A DNA stretch of 62,617 bases, filler included, from Asterionella formosa (Eukaryota), in NCBI GenBank assembly GCA_002256025.1. It is 7 parts of 7 records of this genome, joined end to end, with 100 filler letters (N's around TTAATTAATTAA, not from the genome) between each part and the next. Parts side by side here need not be neighbours in the genome. Positions count along the whole stretch, not along the records: positions 1 to 8,878 come from NKIB01011498.1; positions 8,979 to 17,851 come from NKIB01011500.1; 5 more parts are not named here. The stretch is one strand, 5' to 3'. A program made the position numbers and the translations under genes. The notes beneath the pieces were generated by a model. It saw nothing but the letters and a program-made list of their open reading frames with translations. It had not been told where the DNA came from and searched no databases. Below are positions 1 to 10,651 of the stretch, in pieces (the first letter of the stretch is position 1; each line of letters starts with the position of its first letter).

Positions 1-564
1 AATTTATAACAGTTATATTTTCATAGCGATGCATCCTCTTGCGTGTTATGCGGCCTCTTGTTCATTATCCACATGAGTTCCTTAATTTCACCAGTATCAG
101 TCACTGACCAGCATGTCGGCTTACCTCTCCTCATCTCCTGATGACAAGGATGATGCCATGAGTGAACTTAAAAAAAGAGACAGAGACATAGAAATTTCAG
201 CTTTTCTCAAGAAGCAAGCCTTTGTTCGTCGAATCAGGCCAACAGAACTTTCACAACAAGGTATTGCTCTCCAAGAACGACTTTTCACTCCTAAACAAAG
301 ACAGTCAGAGGAACATGCATCGTTTGTTTGCCCATGCTATGGACTGAGCCCAACCCATTCCCGCTTTTCAACGACAAGTTCATATCAATCCCCATAGCGA
401 TGGAGGTGAAATCAATCAAGTTTTCGATGAAATTAAAAATCAATTTCATCAAAGGCAAGAGCGATTGACAGCACGCCCAACTTATTCCCGACTTTCAACG
501 ACAAGATTTTTTGTATCAATTCTTCCCATGGGGACGGAGATGAATTCAATCCAGTCTTGATGAC
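1..564. repeat. Dispersed repeat, inverted paralog of 27468-28005; decayed coding interior of an unclassified element
   Basis: The reverse complement aligns to scaffold 4: ORF 113-397 matches ORF 27598-27849 (EISAFLKKQ..IRPTELSQ.GIALQERLFTPK), and the LGNKLG.L.IALAFDEIDF peptide is shared. Contains an internal ~125-bp direct duplication (~348-430 vs ~474-564). Confidence 0.85.
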
Positions 565-1429
565 ATTGAAAATCAATTTCAACAGCTGCGAGAGAAATTG
601 GCAGCAAATCCAAATGTATTGCAGCTTGTAGATGGCGGAGACGATCATGAGGTACCAGCGGAGAAATTCAGTGGACTGTGTTTTGTCTGAAAAATAAGTT
701 CCATGCTGCAGACACCATTGTACAAAGTATGCTACAGTAACAAAGGCCTGTAGTGAACACAATATCTTCATTTACAAGCACAGCAAATGTATTCAGTGTT
801 GACGATATAGTGACATTAAAGCTAACAAACAAATGTATAGAATGATATAATGTGCTCAGTTTCTTCATTTCGCCTTATAGTCATCTATCAGTGCAGACAT
901 TGCACAAGAATTGATAGTGGCTGCAACAACTAAGATTGTATTGCAGGTGGATTGTGAGCAAGAAGACATGATCACAACAAAACTGGAAGCAGACGAGGAT
1001 TCATGATACCTTTAGGATGATTCATGTGTATATGTATATGCATGATACCGACATCTTTTTTGGTAAGAGCAAGCCATTTTGGGTATGAGCAAGCAAGTCT
1101 TGAAATATTACGGGAAATTATATGTAGTCATTCATGACTTAACATCTTCTTATATAATGCACTGTTATTTATAACTGTAAAAAATTTGTGTGCCTACCAG
1201 GATTACCAAATTTGGTCAACACAAACACAAATTTTGGGGTTATGGGTACAACGATTTGTGTTATAATACACATGATATAATAATTTTTTATTATCAGGAC
1301 AGAAAATACCTCTGAGGTATTGGCAAATATTTACGTGGTCTCAGTATGAGGTATGTACCAGCTAAAAATTCTACCGGGTAGAGTTTTTTATCTCCTTTTG
1401 GTAGTATATTCTTCCTGTCATGATAACTA

Positions 1430-1515
1430 CGTCTGCAAACAAAAAATATCGTACTTATAAGTCAAGATCAGGGGTATCATACGATAACTGGCACAGAATT
1501 TTTCTGTGCATGATA
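1430..1515 (+). mobile_element. Terminus (variant B of end A) of the CGTCTGCAAATAAAAA element family
   Basis: cgtctgcaaacaaaaaatatc...gatcaggggtatcatacgataactggcacagaattt; matches the reverse complement of 10583-10651 and is homologous to the end starting at 4971. Confidence 0.75.
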
Positions 1516-1801
1516 CATATTTCGTTAAATGTATGATAAATGCATACTATGAAAGTGAACAGGCTAGCATTAGCAAAAACCCTTGTTACAATCACTTTGA
1601 CCATGTCGGTATTATTCTGTTGGTTTACTCAACAATTTTACAACCTCCCGTGCCGCTTGATTTATCATTATAACCGTCATGATCAGCGCTATCAGTAAAC
1701 GCATCAAGCGGCGCAGGAGCACACGATTTCGTTTATATACAACTTATTTTGTGTTGAGCATGGCAAATATACGCCTACATGCGATAATAGCTATCTCAGT
1801 G

Positions 1802-2039
1802 TGTGAGATTGGACTATAGTCTAAGGATAATCAAGAAGATATAATTCGGAAGTAATTTTTTAGAAAAAGTGAGTTTGATTAGCTAGTCTGTACTATAATT
1901 GACTTGCGAAGTGAAAGAGAAATCAAAACTGATGGCAGTTTAGGAATAAGAATCGAATTCGAAATAGATTGTGTGATACAACCATGGAATGATGATAGAA
2001 GCCAATGACATGTGACGTCATTAGTAAAATTATCTCATA
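1802..2039 (-). repeat. 3' LTR of the minus-strand Copia element (238 bp)
   Basis: Inverted termini TGTGAGAT (1802) and ATCTCATA (2032-2039); polypurine tract GAGGGAG immediately 5' on the minus strand (2040-2046), just after the RNase H stop at 2090. Confidence 0.75.
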
Positions 2040-4970
2040 CTCCCTCGTGAAGAACCAGAAAAGGGGCGAAGAAAGAAGAATCAAGAAAATTACCAACCCA
2101 TAATTTTCTTCCGGAGATAAACAAATGTAACAGCTGGTAATGGTTGAGTAAAGTTATCAGCAATTTGATCAAAAGTAGAAATAGGAAAAAGCTTGATAAG
2201 ACCCGAATTGACGTGCGAACGGAAGTGATGGTACTTCAAACCAATATGTTTAGTATGAGGTCGAGATTTGTGATCAAGAGCAAGAGCGAGAGCACCAGCA
2301 TTGTCTTCAAACAACAAGCAAGAGAGTAGGGCCTGACTTGTAGTAAAAGAGAACACCCGTTGAAGGTCGGCAATAAGATTGAGGAGAGGAATAACATCGC
2401 GAAGAGATTGAGAGAGCGCAATGTATTCAGCCTCTGTAAAGGAGAATACTATGTATCCCAGTAGTTGAGTTCGAAAACCTGGCGATGACCACCAGCACAG
2501 AGACGAGCTTTATGTTTGACAAGGGAGCCATCAGGTCGAATTTTGCGCTTCATAGACCAGACAGCTGGGATTGGGGTATGGTGTTTTCGCATGGAAGTAC
2601 AAGGAACTTTAAGCCAGTGGCCACAGGATTCATGGTCGCGTATTTCAATGGTGGCAGCACGCAGAAAGTCCATAGCATCAGGTTCAGCAAGAGCTTGGTT
2701 GAAGGTGAGGGACTCGGAATTGGGAGTGGAAAAAAGAAACGAGAGGGGATGAAGAAAGTTGATGGTGTGGTCAAGATTGTCATAAATATGTTCAACAGAA
2801 GTGAAGGCAAGGGAGGCACAATGGATGGGATAAGAAAGGAATGCAGCAAGACCCAAGGGGCGGAGGGATGAAATGTGGTCCTGTTGGCGAAGAGATGGTT
2901 GACGAAGGCGGCCGTAACGAGATGTTGATGGAGCAAGCAAGGGGGTTGGAACAATGGGGACTCGTCGGAGAGCTCGCATAGGAGGAGCAGGAGGATCAAC
3001 CTGGGAAAGATCAGGAGGATCTCCCTCGGAAAGAGCAGGAGAAGCTCCCTTGGAATGAGCAAGTGGAGCTCCCTTGGGAGGAGCAGCGAAGAGAGGAATG
3101 AGGTTTTCAGGTGGTGTAGTGGGAGGATTAGGTTTTGTAAAGAAATGGCGAGAACCAATGTCAATGATAGGTTGCCAAGCAATACATGGCGTAGAATCAA
3201 AGACAGTAGCTTGAGGACCAAGAGTAGGATCAAGGAGTTTGGCAGGAGTAACAAGGCGAACATGGCGACATGCATATAGATCAGCCCAATGATTTGGGAT
3301 TTGCTGACAAAGTTAAAGATTCAACAAGAGAAAAATCATCATCAAAGACCACATGAAAGGGGGTAGTAACATGACCCGTTGCCAGATTGAGAACTAATGG
3401 AACACTAGAAGCATGATATTTGGAACTGCCAAGATAAACGCCGACCCAGCACCGTTGTTCCCAGCGAGGTATACTATCGCCAGAAGAGTGCAGGCGGTCG
3501 TCAAGGACAACAACAGGGCAGCCAAAGGGGTGGTAATGGGGAAAAGAAGGCAAAATGTTGGAGAGATAGAGAGTCGTTGCAAGTAACAGGGACCATCAGG
3601 CCGAGGTTGAAGATTACATAGGTCGTTGGAGAGACACAATGCAAAAGGCCAAAGTGTGGATGTCACTGCTTCAGGCCATAAAAGAGTGGCATGAAGGAGC
3701 ATAGCACAAGCATTGAGACATAAAGACGCCAATACGATTTTCAGCAAGGGAGTTCTGATGGTGTCCACCAACACCACAATAGGTGATAGATTGATCAGAG
3801 GCAACAATGGCAGCCTTGAAAACATTGTCTGCAAAGATTCCATTATCAGAGCGGTACAAGACAATGGCGCGACCATACTTGGCCATTTAATGTTTGGACG
3901 CATGTTTGCCAGCAAGAGTTTGTACAGCATTGAGGTTTGTTTGGAGACGAACATAGCTGACCATGCTTTCGGTATCAATAAAGACAGCACCGCCACGACA
4001 GGATTGCAATTTAAGAAGACCTTTGGAGTGGCCAACAAGACTAGGTTCAGAACAAGAGAAATGGTCAATGGAAGCAGAGCCAGGGCGAAGAGGGCCAGCA
4101 GGAAGAACAAAAGGGAACGACATCAGACTGTCAATGACGGAGACGGGAGGGTGCTTGGTGCGCCGAGGTTTGCGGCGCATTTTACCATAGAGACATGCAG
4201 CACATTTGGGGAGGATACAAATAGATTTGTCACAAACAGCACTGCGAAGTGTTCAGATTTCACCATTGCCTGGACAACAGAAAGGTTCATATGACCAAGG
4301 CGAGAATGAAGATGGAGTAATTCAAGTTGAGCCGGAGATAAAGGAACCACAGGATGAACAATGGCAGGTAAATGATGCACAGAATGGTCAAGTGTTGAAA
4401 CAAGGGGGTGAATGGAAGGAGGTGACAAATCAGTAGATGTACCAGAAGGATCCATTAAGTGACTGAATGGAGAGGAAGGAGGTGTAGGAGATGGTCGAGG
4501 CATGGAATGCAGGGATGGACCATAAATAGCAGTAAAAGGGCCGTCAAAGAATTGACGAAATGTGGTTAATCCAGGGCCACAAGTAAGAATAGGGATACCA
4601 GAGCGAGGTGGATGAAAAATAGTACTCTCAAACTTGTGATGATTGAAGACAAGAACAGAGTGGGCACCGTAGGTTGTAATGAAGGTACCATTTGTATCCA
4701 GGTCAGCAAAAACATCGCGAGAGAGAGCTTGAGGACGACAGAAGCGGATAGGGCAAGAAGGAAGATAAGCCACATGGGGGATGCGAACCGAGTGTAGAAG
4801 TTGATCATTGTCGCGAAATTGCCAAAGGACAGTGCCAAAACCAAGGGGAGTAGATGGACCGCCAACACCATGAATGGGTATGGAGGCGGGATTGGCAGGA
4901 ATGTAGTCGTTAAAGAGGAAATCCCGTTTGTCATTGGTAACGCAGTAGGAAGTGCAATTATCGAATGCAA
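1802..4970 (-). mobile_element. Degenerate Ty1/Copia (CoDi-like) LTR retrotransposon, 5'-truncated, RT core deleted
   Basis: Domain order across frameshifts on the minus strand: protease (AFDNCTSYCVTND, ~4935-4970), GAG-pre-integrase (LHSRLGHMN), integrase (SIDHF, YRSDNGIF, GHHQNSLAENRIG, LWPFAL, HPFGCPV, VGVYLG, HVVFDDDF), SEGA-type repeat linker, RT start (VWSMKRK..KHKARLCAGGH..YWDT), RNase H (TEAEYIALS, FEDNAGA, TKHI, QIADNFTQPL). Confidence 0.92.
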
Positions 4971-6545
4971 CGTCTGCAAATAAAAAGTATCATGCATATA
5001 GGATCAAGGGTATTGTACGCTAAGTGGCACAGGATTTTCGTATATATGATAATTTTTGGATCAAAATTATGATCAAGGTATCTTGTAACTATGATGATTT
5101 ATTAATATTTTACAGACCTTGAAGTATAATGATAATAAGAACATTATCATCACACAATGTATATAAACTGATCAACAACATTTCCCATCAATATGATAAA
5201 CCTTCTTGTGTTATTTTCACTTCTCGTGATCGCCCGATGTAAATTATAAGTACAACGTATCCTAAAACCAGCTCAACTCTATGCTATCATGTGAATTGTT
5301 TCATCGTAAATCTATTGTAAACATGATCATAATTCTAATCACAAGCATTGTTCAAAGTAGATTGAAATGGATCGTAATTTAACTATTAAATTAAGCAATG
5401 CTATCTATAAATCTACATGCCAGCAACCCAACATTTCTCTCTCTACTTGGCTCAATGTATATTGTTCCTGTCTCGCCAATTTCTTCCTCTTTTCTGAATT
5501 GTGTGCGAGGCAGTGCCTTACTGATGCTGCGTCCCGTTCCCTGCTGTAAGTGTCATTCTGAACTTGCCGACTATTCCATTGTTTGATTGTTTTTATTTTC
5601 CTATGCATGCAGTTACAGTAACAATGAGAAGGAATGATTTGCTAGCTAGTCATGTTACATTGACACAAGAACGCGCAATTCCATCGTATTCTCTTGCTTC
5701 ACTTACCACAAATCAATGCAACTGATGCATAAGTCTGTAATAGTAACTGGTCAGTAAATTCTTGAATAAGTAAGTTTCGGGTAGTATCCAATGTTGTCGA
5801 ATAAAACTTACCGGTTCATTTTTGTCAGCTTCACTTTGAGAGAAGGTAAAGTGGCGTGTCCGTCAGTTATGTTCCATCAGAAGTGAATAAGTCCAATGAC
5901 AAGAGCACTTAACAATTTTGTTTTGTTTTACATTGGTGCTCCCCAACAAGTGAAACGAGCTGTTGATTCAACTGAGAAAAAAGGAAATGTGCGTTTTTTT
6001 AGTTTAAAATTTGTTGTTGTCCCGCCTCCCAACGATTGTGTCATCCAAGTACCACATTGATGGCTTCATTACCTTAAACATAGCTACTCCATCCGTCGAA
6101 GGCGCAATGTGTCAAAGCCACAATGTTTTCGTTATTGCGTAAACGTTCCTTTCTTGTCATGTGCTTTACTACGATATTTCTTTTCATGGAGCAGGCATTG
6201 TTTGTTAACATGACAGAACGATTTCAAATATATTTGCCATGTATATAGCTAGTTATAAAATTTGTAAATATATAAATATATCAAGTGTCGTACATTTATA
6301 AAAATCAAAGGCACTCTCAATATGGCATGTCTGGTAGCTAGTATTGTTCAGATGATCATATTCGCATATAGATAATTCGAAAATACTCAATGCACTATAT
6401 GTCCATTGTTTTCCACGACTTCGTGTACCGGTACTGTTTTTTTGAAATTTTTTTGGATCGATATTTTCTACGTCCATTGGAACTAATTATTTAGACCATT
6501 CAATTGGTGTAAGTCATAACCGCCAGGGTTTTGGTAGCAAATTGT
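4971..6545 (+). mobile_element. End A plus ~1.6 kb of interior of a CGTCTGCAAATAAAAA element; inverted copy at 8979-10582
   Basis: Begins exactly where the Copia protease is cut. Collinear with the reverse complement of 8979-10582 (ORF pairs 5367/10005 and 6253/9087 are near-identical). Confidence 0.85.
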
Positions 6546-6661
6546 TTAAGCCCCTTTTTTGGGCGGGAGCTCTTCATGTGTACCGGTACATCATATGACA
6601 ATAACAATATATCATATATACACAGAGTACCAGTAGCAGGTAGTAAGTGATATACTGGGGG

Positions 6662-6848
6662 TAGTCGGAGTAGTACACTAGCAACAGAACACCATATGTT
6701 CAGGACTGTTGCTACTGCAGTGGGACAGTAAATCATCATAGTTTTAGGATTGCATGATCGTAAAACTAAAAACCAATAGTCGGAGTAATAAGCAAGCAAC
6801 AGAACACCATATGACTATGACTGCTGCTACTGCAGCGGGACAGTAAAT
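6662..6848 (+). repeat. Two ~72-bp direct repeats (6662-6733, 6777-6848) upstream of the ATG at 6906
   Basis: tagtcggagta..gcaacagaacaccatatg..gactg(t/c)tgctactgcag(t/c)gggacagtaaat occurs twice. Confidence 0.85.
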
Positions 6849-6905
6849 GAATTTAAGATCATCAACCTTTAAGGAAGACAACGACAACAGTTATCAAGTA
6901 GTACA

Positions 6906-8878
6906 ATGTCTTCAAGAAACCATAAAGAGGTTCATGGAAACAAGCGACATGTGGCAAATACTGCCGGTATGGAACAAAGAAGCAAGTACCAAAATGAGTT
7001 AACAAAGAAAAAGCGAATAGACGATTATCCAAAGGAACCCAATTGGCAACAGGGGTTTAGTGGGGGTACTACCCCATCATCGATGGGGACACCATCAGCT
7101 ACTAGTACAAAGGATCCCGTAATTGATACTGAAAGCGATGATGAGCGACGTTTCTTTTTCAGTTGTTGATACAAGAAAATTGGCTCCTGTCGATGATGAC
7201 ATTAATAACTCCCAGATGCAGATCGACGACATGGTACCATATCATAAATTTTCTAATCGCACTGACCAACAAGTACATGAAAAACTGAGGGAAAAACATT
7301 TTGCACTTGCCAAAGGATAATATCAATTGGTCAATGAACTCAATCACTACAAAGGTCGTAATTCGGTTCAAAACTTGTCCATACGAGGTTATCAAGAATC
7401 TTCAATTTCAGCAGCCTTATCAGAACGTCGTTCCCGCTTATGTAGAATTGAACCATCAATTGTCACAAAGGTTGTGAGTTTTATTTGCTTTCAAGACCAA
7501 GAAGTTTTGCTGTGAACATGTAAGTTTGAGGTTATAGTTCGTGAATTCCAGTTACTGTAAAACAGAATATATCTAATGTGCTTTTTTCCGGTCCCAAAAG
7601 AGAATCAAACATCCCGCCCTGCCTCTCTGGTCCAAGTAGTATGAAAGGCATTTCCAATCACAAACAGGATTGGTTTGCCCAATGTTGACCTGCCTAACTC
7701 AGCTATACACAATGAAACCGGAGTTAGGCAAAGAAGTGGAGAGTGACCCAGAGCTTGCCGATTTCATATGGAATGGTTCTGATGCACTACTTCCAATGAA
7801 TCAGACCATTGAACGTACCAACAAGGCACGTTTAGATTACAGCAAATCAACATTTGGTGGCATGTGCATAAAAAAGTTGAGAGAATGTCAGAATGTATTG
7901 AATAATCAATTTAAAGGAATCTTAGGTAAGTATTTGCAGGGAGATGCTCCGAAAGAATGATGTTTTGAGTCGGTGATTATATTCTTATCAAATATTTTTG
8001 AATTTAAAAATGCTAACATAATTCATGACACACCAGGTGGTCTAACAGAATATAACTTTCAGGCTATGGAAATTGATGACTTTATTAGTTGGGCGTTGAC
8101 GCTTTATCGTTTTGCGCAGTTCAAGGACATTGACAGGGGAAACCATGGATACCAAGTCTGGCGTGATGTTCTTGCTCCGGTGTATTTTATAGACAGGACA
8201 AGCCGTGGAGAACCATGTTTAACAGGGGACAAATCTGGTGTGACCAAATTTCAACTCAATCTTCGGGCACAGTGTGAATTGCAAACACGTTTTGTTGGTT
8301 CGCTGATCAATGCCAGTACAGAAGCATTTTGCTTCTTGGTGCTGAAAGGAAAATTCCAATTGCAACACAAATATTTGGGTTTCAATCCAGATACGCATGA
8401 AATTTGCTTCAGAGAACGATATTCATATAAAAGGAATCGACATAAAACATATATCTGTCAAGGTACTTCGAAAAATTTGCGTGAGATTTAAAGTGTCAGG
8501 GTACAGGAATGGCAAGAAGGACTCCACTATTTCCTTAATTGTCCGTTTACTGAAAAGAGACTGGCTGGTTGGTCAACTATACCCCCCCACTCCTATGATC
8601 ACTTATAATGAAGTGATTGGCATCCACAACAACAACAGGAACAATGATGAATCTATTATTGAAGATGAAGAAAAGAGTTGTGGCAATGTTGATATGGACT
8701 CTGATTGTTCACAGAAAGGGAAGCCAGATGAAGCAGAAAAAGACCCTGACTATGTTCTTAATTCGCAAAATAGCAGTGATGACGATGACAAATCATTGAC
8801 TCTTCCTCCTCCTGTTGCAAAGAAGGCAACAAAAAAGAAAAAGGCTACAGTAGCAAAATCAACTCCTCCAAGCAGTGT
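6906..8878 (+). pseudogene. Disrupted spliced gene of unknown function, probably joined near 8420 to a second repeat-associated ORF
   Basis: Chain of plus-strand ORFs with frameshifts and stops; putative introns 7474-7600 (GTGAGT..ctaat..AG) and 7926-8036 (GTAAGT..gctaac..AG); runs off the scaffold end. Confidence 0.5.
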
Positions 8879-8978
8879 NNNNNNNNNNNNNNNNNNNNNN
8901 NNNNNNNNNNNNNNNNNNNNNNTTAATTAATTAANNNNNNNNNNNNNNNNNNNNNNNNNNNNNNNNNNNNNNNNNNNN
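8879..8978. other. Artificial scaffold spacer
   Basis: N44-TTAATTAATTAA-N44, with stop codons in all six frames. Confidence 0.97.
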
Positions 8979-10582
8979 ACAATTTGCTACCAAAATCCTT
9001 GCATATAAATAATGATACAAATGGGTTATGACTTAGTACACCAATTGAATGGTCTAAATAATTAGTTCCAACGGACGTAGAAAATATTGATGCAAACATA
9101 TTTCAGAAACAGTACCGGTACACGAAGTCGTGGTGGAAAACAATGGACATATTGTGCATTGAATATTTTCGAATTATCTTTATGGGAATATAATCAACTC
9201 AACAATACTAGCTACCAGACATTCCATATTGAGAGTGCCTTTGATTTTTATAAATGTATGACACTTGATATATTTATATATTTATAAATTTCGTAACTAT
9301 ATACATGGCAAATATATTTGAAATCGTTCTGTCATGTTAACAAAGAATGCCTGCTTCATGAAAAGAAATATTGGTGTAAAGCACATGACAAGAAAGGAAA
9401 AGTTTACGCAATAACAAAACCCATTGTGGCTTCGACACATTGCGCCTTCGAAGGATGGAGTATGTTTAAGGTAATGAAGCCATCAATGTGGTACTTGGAT
9501 GAAAATCGTTAGGAGGCAGGACAACAACAAATTGTAAACTAAACACAAATTTCCTTTTTTCTCAGTTGAATCAACAGCTCGTTTCGCTTGTTGGGGAGCA
9601 CCCATGTAAAACAAAACAAAGCAAAACAAGATTGGTAAGTGCTGTTGTCATTGGACTTGTTATTCAATTCTGATGAAACATAACTGACGGACACGCCACT
9701 CTACCTTCTCTCAAAGTCAAGCTAACGAAAATGAATCGGTGAGTTTTATTCGGCAACATTGGAAAACAACCTGAAACTTACTTATTCAAGAATTTACTGA
9801 CAATTTACTATTACAGACTTAAGCATCACTTGCTTTGATTTGGCTGTGGTAAGTGAAGCAAGCAAGAGGATACAATGGAATGGCGTGATGTTGTCTCAAT
9901 GTAACATGTCTAGCTAACAATTCATTCCTTCTCATTGTTACTGTAACTGCATAGGACAATAAAACCAATCAAACAACGGAATAGTCGGCGAGTTTAGAGT
10001 GAAACTAACAGCAGGAAAAGAGATGCAACATTAGGAGGCACGGCCTCACACATGAGTCAGAAAAGACGAATAAAAGGGCGAGACAGGAACAATATACATT
10101 GAGCCGAGTAGAGAGAGAAACGTTGGGTCGCTGGCATGTAGAATAATAGATAGCATTGCTAAATTTGATAGTTAAATTACGATCCATTTCAATGTATTTT
10201 GAGCAATGCTTGTGATTAGAATATGATCATGTTTACGATAGATTTACGATGAAACAATTGAACTGATAGCATAGAGTTGAGCTGATTTTAGGATGCGTTG
10301 TAGTAATAATTTACATCGGGCAATCATGAGAATTGAAAATAATATGAGAAAGTTTATGATGATGATGAGTAATGTTGTTGATCAGTTGATATACATTGTG
10401 AAATGATAATGTTCTTATTATCATTCTACTTCAAGGTCGGTAAAATATTAATAAATCATCATAGTTGTAGGATAACTTGATCATAATTTTGATCCAAAAA
10501 TTATCATATATACGAAAATCCTGTACCACTTAGCGTACGATATCCTTGATCCTATATGCATGATACTTTTTATTTGCAGACA
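8979..10582 (-). mobile_element. Second copy of the end-A arm (inverted relative to 4971-6545)
   Basis: Ends in tgatactttttatttgcagac(a), the reverse complement of the terminus at 4971. Confidence 0.85.
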
Positions 10583-10651
10583 CATGCACAGATAAATTCT
10601 GTGCCAGTTGTCGTATGATACCCCTCATCTGATATTTTTTATTTGCAGGCG
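10583..10651 (-). mobile_element. 69-bp stub of a variant-B terminus, abutting the end-A copy
   Basis: Reverse complement cgcctgcaaataaaaaatatc..gggtatcatacgacaactggcacagaatt..gtgcatg matches 1430-1512. Confidence 0.75.

Noticed and set aside
2485..4294. Plus-strand ORFs over the Copia region
   Set aside because: Antisense shadows of the minus-strand pol.
8923..8934. TTAATTAATTAA recurring every ~8.9 kb as a biological periodic motif
   Set aside because: Always embedded in N44 pads; it is an assembly linker.
4971..10582. Apparent 1.6-kb inverted repeat bracketing 6546-8978, like a giant TIR element
   Set aside because: The two arms are on different scaffolds separated by an artificial spacer.
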